NCBI RefSeq assembly: GCF_022045235.1
Contig: NW_027266275.1
Location: 25,606,001 to 25,670,000, forward strand
Source: Haliotis cracherodii
Lineage: Eukaryota
Direction: 5' to 3'
DNA length: 64,000 nucleotides
A program made the translations under genes and the position numbers. The notes below the pieces were generated by a model. It was not told the origin of the DNA. It ran no database searches and saw only the letters and a list, made by a program, of their open reading frames with translations. Positions 52,944-64,000 of the stretch are shown one piece after another (within the stretch, counting starts at the first letter, position 1; the number at the start of each line of letters is the position of its first letter).

Positions 52944-54461
52944 TCATTGACTTCTAGAATATATATACTTTTCCCGGCTTTTTAAAACTCACAATCCGTA
53001 TTTGCCGGACCAGAATTGCCAGCACTGTGAAACAAAATGCTGGTCCTCATAAAACACCACACCGTAACGGAACGGATTTAAAAACTGGGTTATGCCTTTG
53101 GAATATTTGATTAGTATGAGTTTTCATGTCGACAAATGATCCGAAAAATAGAGTGTTCATGCGAACGAACACAAACCGTGCCCTCTCAACGAGCAGGTAC
53201 ACTGTCTTCTCAATACGCTTGCCTGACAAACAGCGCCAAGTACAAAGTACATGTATAGGCTTTCTGTTGATTTCAGTCCCTGCGTGCGAGGTCTCGTAGG
53301 TTATTTAACAACTCTAAGACTCCTGGCAGGTTTGAAAGGATTGTGACGTCGAGCTATAGAAACCCGTACACGTACATACACATGCCAACAGAGGCGTAAC
53401 CAACAACAGACGTTTTGTAAAGGGGATAGGGGGTAGTCAAGATGTTGGATATGCAATGTGCTAACCGGGTAATATTAAGTCAGGTATATACCATGTAATA
53501 TTAATTACTTCGATCATGCATGAAATCGTAAGTTCGAGATCTGAGATCGTAAAATCTGATTAAGATATAGTCATAACAGCAATGCACGAAACTGTAGAAA
53601 AGTAAAATTAAATTTCATCCAATATATCCGTTGATGCCATTTAAATGTGTGGGTGATGCATATGGCTAAAGCACAAAAGGTCATTTTCACACGAAACAAA
53701 AACAGCTGCACATACTGCTGTGTAAAGGTTCGAGAGCTGCTCGTTCAATCAAGTCTTCACATGCCTATGACATTTTCCAAAGATCAAGTGCAGATACATA
53801 ACATGCTCCGTCCATGTAACATAATTTATTAAAAACATAATTAGGGTTTAAACCAAGAGTGTTATGTTTGTTTTTTCTGTGCTCAATCTGTCATTAACAA
53901 TGGATGGCGTGGGATGGAATGAGGTCTTTATGAAAAGCTCAGGAATTTTCAGTCGACCAATTCCAATGCAAGCTTCGTGCAGGGGTATATTACGCAATGA
54001 ATCTGATGTGTCATGCTTGTTAAGTGCATTGTTGTTGTGACGGTAACATTTAGAGACAGAGACAGAGAACCGCCTGGTACACCTCAAAGATCAGCTGCAG
54101 CAGGGTGACAAGTCTGCTATTGAGTATTTAGATGCTTGTGGGCACTTACGTAGTCTGGGATAAATAAACTGTAAAAGTTATTAAATGTAAAGTGTACATA
54201 ACCAAAAACTGTCACAAAGTGTTGTTACAAACTGTATAAAATTTATCAAATGTAAAGTGTCATTAAATGTTAAGTATAATATTAAAGTATCTATTTAAAG
54301 CTGCTTTTCTTCGTTTGTCAGATCTTATCTGGACTATTCCATTTGGCTGAGGTAACAAGCATAAGGATTAGTGTGCGCTCAACCGTTTAAAGTGTTGTTA
54401 TAAGCTGTCTAACTATTGGGACGTCTAACTAATGGGAGGACACCAACAGTGCAGCTATTTT

Positions 54462-55030
54462 GCTTTGTTTGTTTGTTTGTTGTTTGACGCCGTCCCCAGG
54501 AATATACAAGCTACTGGTGGACTGTGAATAATCGACTCTGAACAGTCTAATGATATATATTGTGAGCATAGATCTTCGCTGTCGGGGTACGCTGACCCAC
54601 TATCATCCAAACCACCGACCCTGACCATCTGATCCATTCGGTCTCCTCTTATGACTAGCATAGGTTGCTGGGGATTCTGTCCCAGGGGTCACCTATTAGA
54701 GGTACATGTTTGGGGGTCATAAGCCGTCAACAGCACCAGTAGGTGAGCTGAGGTGTGTTGAAGTGAGGAAAGGTGTAACGTCGCTTTCAAGATTATTGCA
54801 CTTATATGGCGACGTGCAGCCACGTGTGTGCGTGCGTGCGTGCGTGCGTGGATGCGTGCGTTCGTGCGTGTGTGTATCATGGCAGCTTTAAAGTGCTAAC
54901 ACACTGAGATACCATGCTGCAGTTTAACATGAATACCCCACACGGACACAGTATACTGACTCCGAGCCGACCAGTCCTTTTTACATCCCTTAATGCCGAG
55001 CGCTAGAAAGGGGAAAGCAACAATAGATTT
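54462..55030 (-). mobile_element. Adjacent diverged SINE family B (54462-54690) and family A (54738-55030) copies
   Basis: Reverse-complement cores and (GTTT)n and (GAGGT)-like tails. Confidence 0.8.
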
Positions 55031-55454
55031 TGTATACAGGAAGTGCATGCTGACGAGCATTTTTCACTGATATCACCTTTCCCTTGGTAAATCTATCTGT
55101 ATATGCGTGTCTGAATATACATTGTGTTTAGCATCAGAGTACATTGATTACCGTACTAACCAGGAAGAAGTATAGAGCTAGCGTGCTGTGGTAGGGGGCT
55201 TGGTGTGAGTGATGTTTGGGTATCACATACGCGAGAGTTTACATGTGAAGGGCGTTTATTGGTTTTGTATGACTGTTGACGTTATCGTACTTCGTTCGTA
55301 CATGTACGTGAACAAGATCTGTTGATGATCAATTACTTATTTAAATATATGGCATGGACTGATAATTTAAATTTAGAGATATCGTGCACATGCTGGATTT
55401 AGGTTGATAGAGTTTGTCTTATATAGGTGCTGGTTGGTATTTGAAGACTAGCAC

Positions 55455-57420
55455 AGGAGAGTAGATGGTTGGAGATTGACGGAGTAGAGTAGATAGTTGA
55501 AGATTGGTGGAGTAGAGTAGATGGTTTGAGATTTACGGAGTAGAGTAGATGGTTGGAGATTTACGGAGTAGAGTAGATAGTTGGAGATTTACGCAGTAGA
55601 GTAGATAGTTGAAGATTGACGCAGTAGAGTAGATAGTTGAAGATTGACGGAGTAGAGTAGATAGTTGAAGATCGACGGAGTAGAGTAGATGGTTGAAGAT
55701 CGACGGAGTAGAGTAGATGGTTGGAGATTGAAGGAGTAGAGTAGATGGTTTGAGATTGAAGGAGTAGAGTGGATAGTTGGAGATTTACGGAGTAAAGTAG
55801 ATGGTTTGAGTTTGACGGAGTAGAGTAGATAGTTGGAGATTTACGAAGTAGAGTAGATGGTTGGAGATTGAAGGAATAGAGTGGATAGTTGGAGATTGAA
55901 GGAGTAGAGTAGATAGTTGGATATTGACAGAGCAGAGTGGTTAGTTCGAGATTTACGTAGTAGAGTAGATGGTTTGAGATTGAAGGAGTAGAGTGGATAG
56001 TTAGAGATTTAAGGAGTAGAGTAGATAGTTGGAGATTGACAGAGCAGAGTGGATAGTTTGAGATTTACGTAGTAGAGTAGATAGTGAGAGATTTACGGAT
56101 CAGAGTAGATGGTTGGAGATTGACGGAATAGAGTAGATAGTTGGAGATTTACGCAGTAGAGTAGATGGTTTGAGATTTACGGAATAGAGTGGATAGTTTG
56201 AGATTGACGGAGCAGATCGGATAGTTTGAGATTGACGGAGGTGAGTAGACATTTAGATTGCAGATTGCTAGCTAGAGGCAGACAGTGTAAACGAGATAAA
56301 TGAAGATTTACAGTGTAGATTAGATGGTTAGAGTAGAGTCAAGTAGATAAGATAGTTGGAGATTGACAGAGCAGAGTGGATAGTTTGAGATTGACGGAGG
56401 TGAGTAGACATTTAGATTGCCGATTGAGAGACAGACAATGTAAACGAGATAGATGAAGATTGACAGAGTGGATTAGATGGTTAGGGTAGAGTAAAGTAGA
56501 GTAGATAGTTGGAGACTGAGTTAAGTAGATTAGATGGTTAAAGTAGAGTAGATAGTTGGAGACTGAGCTGAGTAGATTAGATGGTTAGAGTTGAGTAACG
56601 CAGAGTAGATAGTTGGAGATTGACAGAGTAGATTAAATGGCTAGAGTGGAGTAAAGTAGAGTAGATAGTTGGAGATTGACAGAGTAGATGAGATGGCTAG
56701 AGCGGAGAAAAGTAGGGTAGATAGTTGGAGATGGACAGAGTAGATGAGATGGCTAGAGCGGAGTAAAGTAGGGTAGATAGTTGGAGATGGGCAGAGTAGA
56801 TTAGATGGTTTGAGTAGAGTAAAGTAGAGTAGATAGTTGGAGATTGACAGAGTAGATGAGATGGCTAGAGTGGAGTAAAGTAGAGTAGATAGTTGGAGAT
56901 TGACAGAGTAGATTAGATGGTTTGAGTAGAGTAAAGTAGAGTAGATAGTTGGAGATTGACAGAGTAGATTAGATGGCCAGAGTGGAGTAAAGTAGAGTAG
57001 ATAGTTGGAGATTGACAGAGTAGATTAAATGGCTAGAGTGGAGTAAAGTAGAGTAGATAGTTGGAGATTGACAGAGTAGATTAGATGGCCAGAGTGGAGT
57101 AAAGTAGAGTAGATAGTTGGAGATTGACAGAGTAGATGAGATGGCTAGAGCGGAGTAAAGTAGGGTAGATAGTTGTAGATTGACAGAGTAGATTAGATGG
57201 CCAGAGTGGAGTAAAGTAGAATAGATAGTTGGAGATTGACAGAGTAGATGAGATGGCTAGAGCGGAGTAAAGTAGGGTAGATAGTTGGAGATGGACAGAG
57301 TATATTAGATGGTTAAGGTAGAGTAAAGTAGAGTAGATAGTTGGAGATTGACAGAGTATATTAGATGGTTAAGGTAGAGTAAAGTAGAGTAGATAGTTGG
57401 AGATGGAGTCGAGTAGATTG
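55455..57420. repeat. Purine-rich minisatellite with a 28-bp unit grading into a 56-bp unit
   Basis: GGAGTAGAGTAGATAGTTGGAGATTGAC monomers on the left. 56-bp period on the right (ATTGAC ends at 56960 and 57016). Confidence 0.92.
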
Positions 57421-58789
57421 TAAGTTGTGCTAGAAGTACTAACAGTAGTAAACCACAGTGAGATATACAGGTATAGAGAGATGATGAGATTTGTCCCACT
57501 TATTCATAAAGTTTCAGATCGATATGGAATAGGCAGAATCGACAGATAGATCAATAGAAAGATAGACAGACAGACAAGATAGATTGACAAATAGATAGAC
57601 TGACAGATATATACCCAAATGTATAGCCAGGTAGATATATTATACAAGTAATAGATACACAGTGATTGTTAATGTGTTTACAATGCGAGACGTCTGTGTA
57701 TCTGCACGTGAACACCGAGGCAACCAGGAAGTTGACTGCCAACCGATACAGTGATGAACGACCTATATTTGAAAGTAGGTCTGTTGACTATAGGTCATCA
57801 AGGAAAACAGTTATAGACTTCTGGCTGTCACGCGGGTTTTTTTTTTAGTTATGTCAATAAAGCTATAATATTAAATTTACAGTGTCTGTGGATGTAATCA
57901 CACGGTCCACTCCTTCTGCAGCGTCTATATAAAACAGAAGTAGTAACAGACTGTATCGCTTTAGACTATGTCATCTGGTTGGTTGGTTTGTTTGTTGTTT
58001 AACGCCACACTCAGCAATATTCCAGCTATATGACGGCTGTCGATGTCATCTGGATGTGTTCATCACAGCTGACATCGGTAGGGTATCAGCAAGGACCATC
58101 GTTTAACGCTGCAAGGGAATCGACCACCTACATCGCGCTCTCCGGCCAGACTCTGTCCACTACACCACGAAGGCGGTCACATCTTCTGTGCATGTATTTT
58201 TATTGAAGGACATGGTCACTTCGTAAAGCCACATGCGAAGTTTGATGTTGACAAATCTCTCTGTTTATGTAGTGTCGGCCTTCTGTCATTTGGAAAATAG
58301 TGTCAACGTCTATACCGGATGACGTCACTTGACATTGTCAACTTGGTACACGCCACTGTCATTTCATTTACTCGATATTTAATAGATTGACATATTAGGG
58401 TTTACGCTTACTTACAATCGAACGAATAATAAAGCGATATTTCTCCCATGGTGAGTACATGCGTTCCCACTTAATGTACGTGCTGTTATGCGACATGAAC
58501 TGTTAATACATTTGTCAATTCCTATAAACCTACATAACAAACAAAGGTAACCAACCTAAGCTAACCCCTTCTTGATTATCTGCAGATATGAAAAGCGCCC
58601 ATGGAGTGAATTAACCTTCACTTTTGCACTTCCTGAATAATCAGGAAGATTTATCGTATCATGAATCCATGTCATTCCTGGCTGACATGTAATTTTAGTG
58701 CTTACTGCTCTAACTCGTTGTGCCTGGGTCAGACATTTGTGGGCGTGGGGTGGCATCACTGCGCGTCTCATGTACATCTAGGCAGAGAA

Positions 58790-59940
58790 GGTAGGGCCTG
58801 TTTCATATATGTGGTTGTACTGAGACAAGGCATAGTTGGTAGGATATGTTTCATATAAGTAGTTATACTGAGACAGGGCATAGTTGGTAGCATATGTTTC
58901 ATATAAGTAGTTATACTGAGACAGGGCATAATTGGTAGGATATGTTTCATATAAGTAGTTATACTGAGACAGGGCATAGTTGGTAGGATATGTTTCATAT
59001 AAGTAGTTTTACTGAGACAGGACATAGCTGGTGGGAGCTGTTTCATATAAGTAGTTTTACTGAGACAGGACATAGCTGGTGGGAGCTGTTTCATATAAGT
59101 AGTTTTACTGAGACAGGACATAGCTGGTGGGAGCTGTTTCATATAAGTAGTTTTACTGAGACAGGACATAGCTGGTGGGAGCTGTTTCATATAAGTAGTT
59201 TTACTGAGACAGGACATAGCTGGTGGGAGCTGTTTCATATAAGTAGTTATACTGAGACAGGACATAGCTGGTGGGAGCTGTTTCATATAAGTAGTTTTAC
59301 TGAGACAGGACATAGCTGGTGGGAGCTGTTTCATATAAGTAGTTTTACTGAGACAGGACATAGCTGGTGGGAGCTGTTTCATATAAGTAGTTTTACTGAG
59401 ACAGGACATAGCTGGTGGGAGCTGTTTCATATAAGTAGTTATACTGAGACAGGGCATAGTTGGTAGCATATGTTTCATATAAGTAGTTATACTGAGACAG
59501 GGCATAATTGGTAGGATATGTTTCATATAAGTAGTTATACTGAGACAGGGCATAGTTGGTAGGATATGTTTCATATAAGTAGTTTTACTGAGACAGGACA
59601 TAGCTGGTGGGAGCTGTTTCATATAAGTAGTTTTACTGAGACAGGACATAGCTGGTGGGAGCTGTTTCATATAAGTAGTTATACTGAGACAGGACATAGC
59701 TGGTGGGAGCTGTTTCATATAAGTAGTTATACTGAGACAGGACATAGCTGGTGGGAGCTGTTTCATATAAGTAGTTATACTGAGACAGGGCATAGTTGGT
59801 AGGATATGTTTCATATAAGTAGTTATACTGAGACAGGACATAGTTGGTGGGAGCTGTTTCATACAATTGGGGTATTGGCGCATCATAACTGGAAGTATCT
59901 GTTTCATATAAGTAGTTGTACTGAGATATGATGTGTTTCA
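58790..59940. repeat. 48-bp minisatellite
   Basis: TGTTTCATATAAGTAGTT(A/T)TACTGAGACAGG(A/G)CATAG(C/T)TGGT... in tandem, with two alternating variants. Confidence 0.95.
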
Positions 59941-60551
59941 TATAAATATACGTAGTTGTGATGTACGAAAAGACAATTATGATTCAGACCGCAAAAACTT
60001 AAAGCCACAAAAATGCATTTTGCATAGTGATTTTAACAAAAAATGTTTCAAATGAAAAACAACTGGTTTGGTGTTTTGTCAGCATCCAATCTCATACAAA
60101 CGAATCGTCGGTCCCTTAGACATATTATTGTTCCGTTTAAAATACGCACAACGTTACATTTCAAGTAGGCCCACACTGTAACACATAATGTCACCGCTAT
60201 GTAATTACATACTAACACTAATATCCGGAGACATTTGATGACATTTCACAACAGGGGGAAGTAAAACTGTATGATTAATGCATGGCTCTCCATCAAGTTC
60301 AAATATAGACACAAGTGTACGTCATTCGTCGAAAGGAATAACGGAAGGAAAATATGTTACGTGTATTTTAATGTACATGTTGTGAATTCTGTTTCTTCAC
60401 TAAAATGTATATTTCAGATGATGGCGGCTTCTGATGACGGAGGACAGATGGTAGATGTCCAGTAACACGTTGTTGTGATTAGTACTAAAAGGCAAGTATA
60501 CGCATTCACATATCTTTCTGTGTCATCTTTTCTCTGGATTAGTACCAGAGA

Positions 60552-60773
60552 GACCCGAGAAGATCCGGGGTACAATAGGTCTTCAGCAACCCATGCTTGT
60601 CGTAAAAGGCGACTAACGGGTGGTTGATACACGTCAGCGTTTCCCAATTGCGTGGATCGATGCTCGGGATGTCAATAACTAGATTGGCTGGTCCAGACTC
60701 GATTATTTACAGACGGTCGTCATATAGCTGGCATATTGCTGAGTGTGGCGTTGAACAACAAACAAACAAACAG
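60552..60773 (+). mobile_element. SINE family B copy
   Basis: GACCCGAGAAGATCCGGG start, GTCGTAAAAGGCGACTAA core, (AAAC)n tail. Confidence 0.85.
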
Positions 60774-61716
60774 ACTTGTGGTGAATATGTTCATCCTATG
60801 ATACATTATCGTCACTGTCAGGAACAAGAGGAAACAATCAAGTAACGGTGTCATTTCTACTGCCCTCTCCTGTTCAATACCTATGTATGACAAGTGATGA
60901 CATGTTTAATGTGAGTGAGTGAATGAGTTAACGCCGCTGTGAACAGTGTTCCAGTTATAGCAAAGCGTGTCAGATTGATGTGGGAGGAAAGTTTGAAGTG
61001 ATGCCACAATCATAGGTTTCTGGCACAACTAAGGACGGCGATATTTAAGCGTGAAGACGAATGGACCACCCATGCTCCTCCCCGCAGGGAATCCTTTTTT
61101 GTAAAATTGAAATAGAAGATTAATGTTATTTTGTACTCCCAGAAAACGTAGCTTTGTAAATATTTTAATTCTACGTATTTTAATGCTGTCAACACCAAAT
61201 CGCATTTTTATCCAAGGTCCCATTTTTATGCTCACACGTGTAAGACGCCATGACGTTATCAAACCTCCAAGAGTTACTTCGCTCTACTTTTAACATACAG
61301 GAAATATATGAATGTTGCAGTGTAGATGGAACAGAAGCCCCTAGTACAAATGTACATTCTTTTACTTGGAACCTGGGGTGTCATAAGCTACTACTAGTGT
61401 GGATCGTGACTCACTGATTATTGTAAATTGGACATTTATATTTAACAGATAAGGTTGTACATAATTGGGTATTTTTGTGAAAATCCTTAGAGTTGAAACG
61501 TATCCTACTCACCTTGTCATTTGGGTAGTCTTAACACAGTTTCAACAAGTTCTTTATCACCCGTTATGTGTCGATCACATACTCACGTATCGGCCCAGCC
61601 ATGGTATGCAGTTGTACTGTCATGGTGTCTAGTAGACGTAAAAGGTGCAATGTTGCTAATGTAATGTTATACCATAGCCGCTTGTTTTTGCAGAACGTGG
61701 AGACTTGGCATCCAAG

Positions 61717-63422
61717 ATGTCCAAGTCGAACGACATTGTGGTATTCCACGTCCAAGATGCAGCAGAGTGGAGTTCGTACCTCATGAGACTGTTTGCAATG
61801 AACAAAACTCTCAGAATCAAATCAATGGACTTAGACTCAATGGAGTATGAAAACCCCCCAGAGGTGGATATGGCTGTGAAGGACTCCTATCTCGTCATCA
61901 TTCTGGCATCTCCAGATATGCTGCAGTTCATGGCAGACAAGACGTGGTTCAGTGAGCCCTTCAAGCAGTTGCATGGCAAGACCACAGTCGTAGCGGTCTT
62001 GTGCTATGTGGACAGTGGGCAGTTTGATGATGCTGTCGCTGAGAATTATAGAGCATCGTCTTCGTGGAAGCATTATGTGATAGGCACCGATTACAATGAC
62101 AACAGAAACATGGTGGCTGACATGATGGACATTGTGGACCAGAGTGACGCTCCGCCCCCAACTCCCCCTTCCAGGCCAGTGAGAGGGAAAGAATCTAAGT
62201 CCGGTTTTGATGTGAAGCTTAAAGTGATCCCCACTCGCGTTCATGGAGTATGTTTATGATTTTCTACATTGATCGTTACCATTGTTATTTTATTATATGT
62301 AATGTCTGTTGATTAATGATATTCTATGTTACTTTATTGTTTGATATATTTTAAATGCGATTAAGCTCGTCAGACTGAGTCAGGGCCCGATTGTCCCTGT
62401 GTAAAAATGTTCTCTTCGGAAACCACTGGACCAATGAAGCTGAACCTTGTCATGCTTGTTCTAATTGGACCTCCTCTAAGAGTTGCTCTATTGATTGTCA
62501 ATAGGGCCGCCACGGCAATAGTGATGGTACAGTTTGTTATCCCCGACATTTCTGAGTTGACTATTCTCACCTCGCTTTCAGCCTCAGGATGACATTGTAA
62601 TAGCTCTCAGAGAAGAGAAAAAGGGGACAATTCAAGTCAGCTTCAATGATCCTACAACCAAATACGACACCAAGAAACTTAACCCTTATACAGTCAAGTT
62701 AAAAGCACCAGGTACTTTTCCTTGTAATGTCAGCAACAATGTTATATTTTGCGGAAGTTTTGGATATAAACTTCCGTTGTTCTCCGTGAACCTGCTTGAT
62801 ATTGTTATGATGTCGATAACCCGGGCGTCGTCTCTCTAGATAAAAGTGTGCTTTGTTGTGATTCTATATACGTAATGCAAAACGCCATCATTACGTTAGG
62901 TACTGACGGTATAAACTAATACTCTTTTACGCCACACCGAGTTTTATCGTGCAAATCAGTGTTTAATAGCATGGCAACGATAAAGTTATGTGACAGGCTG
63001 ACACATCAACCAGATGACACATTGTTATCATTCGTCCCTCATTATTCGGTTCTCTCATGGAACAAAATACAACACAAGTTTCAAAAGTCGAAATAATATT
63101 GAACATAAATACTCCGATCACTGAAATATACTACTGTAACGGTAAACCTTCAATGAATGTATTTTCTTCTCCACAGATCTTGCACCCGGGAACTATGTCA
63201 TTCATATATTCCAGGATGCCAAAGAGATTTACAAGACACCATTTTACTACACGGCACCACAAGAGACCGCGTTCCATTCAGTGGAGTATCTGTCACAGGC
63301 ACTGCAATGTGAAAACAAAGCGGCTCTGGACCGAAAGTTGGTGGATGCCCTCGAATTTAGCATTCCAGAGGATGATAGTCTTGAGTTCCTGTTTGAGAAG
63401 CTCAAGACCACCCTTTCTTCGG
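61717..63422 (+). CDS. PIK3AP1: BCAP/BANK1/Dof-like adaptor (TIR-like + DBB domain), partial; exons 61717(acceptor 61694)-62247, 62582-62711, 63177-63422; continues beyond the window
   Basis: DIVVFHVQDAAEWSSYLMRLF resembles BCAP DILIVYSPDAEEWCQYLQTLF (recalled). The spliced product KVIPTRVHG|PQDDIVIAL..NPYTVKLKAP|DLAPGNYVIHIF..FYY..SVEYLSQALQCENKAALDRKLVDALEFSIP follows the DBB pattern. GT-AG junctions keep frame (phases 0, 1). Confidence 0.85.
62362..62530 (+). mobile_element. Helentron-type non-autonomous element fragment in BCAP-like intron
   Basis: TAAGCTCG..CTGAGTCAG start and TCTCTTCGGAAACCACTGGACCAATGAAGCTGAACCTTG core typical of such elements (recalled). Confidence 0.45.
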
Positions 63423-63910
63423 GTAATTTGCCTAATTGAAACTTATAGCTTAATCGTATATCTAAATTGTGCTGTGACTTCAAGAGAATAAGCAGCTTAT
63501 ATGAACTGGCATCCGTCCACCGTGGCATGTTTGATATCACTGAAACCCCAAGATTTATGTAGGACTTATCTTAACAAGTGCTCACGTCCGATCCGATTTT
63601 CAACAACGACAGCCATATCATTAAAGAATGTTATTCTCTTAATACCACAATGAGCACTTAACGTATCACCGTACAATCCTGAACGCAGTATGTATATATC
63701 ATGTAATAACATGACTTTTGATTTTTAGTCTGCTTTGGCCGTCATGTATGCCCACAAATCTAATTTAACTACCAATTTGTTAATGAAAAAGAAATGTGTA
63801 CGTGACAGTTAGTGTCTCTGAACCCTTCCTTTACACTCTCTGGGCAATTCGCTGTGCAGAGTGGGGTCCTTGAGCACACAAGTGTGTGCTCGAATCGCGC
63901 TTCGCCCCGA

Positions 63911-64000
63911 GACCACCTCCGTAGTCTAGTGGTAGGGGGTCTGCCCGGAGAGCGGAAAGTCCGGGGTTCGATCCTCGGCCGCGTCATACCAAAAGACGTT
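63911..64000 (+). mobile_element. SINE family A 5' head (runs off the window)
   Basis: GACCACCTCCGTAGTCTAGTGG..GGTTCGATCC..GTCATACCAAAAGACGTT. Confidence 0.88.

Noticed and set aside
58768-59907. 379-aa repeat ORF (MKQLPPAMSCLSKTTY)
   Set aside because: A 48-bp minisatellite with near-identical units, also open on the opposite strand.
63057-63491. 144-aa ORF MEQNTTQ...
   Set aside because: It is an alternative frame overlapping the true BCAP-like exon 63177-63422.

Overview
Eukaryotic (intron-containing, SINE/minisatellite-rich) invertebrate DNA. From my recollection of the SINE families it is most likely a gastropod such as abalone (inference, not a database hit). The left 37 kb holds a tandem cluster of four intact minus-strand GT31 beta-1,3-galactosyltransferase-like genes. 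Each is built from an 11-14 nt coding mini-exon plus one ~1.25 kb exon joined by a phase-2 intron, which the ORF track misses. Paralogs 1 and 2 share a 383-bp perfectly identical tract inside otherwise diverged genes. Paralog 2 gets its stop codon from the tail of a SINE inserted at its ancestral stop. The right end holds three coding exons of a plus-strand BCAP/BANK1/Dof-like (TIR-like + DBB) adaptor gene. Between and within these are a decayed two-ORF Kolobok transposon (transposase plus P2X7-ballast-like KolX), an RNase H LINE inserted at an apparent TATA/CCAAT start site, Tc1/mariner and Penelope relics, a Helentron-type non-autonomous element, three SINE families, MITEs, about ten minisatellite arrays (several with higher-order structure) and a 159-N gap. 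No rRNA, bona fide tRNA gene or CRISPR array was seen. All alignments were made by eye.
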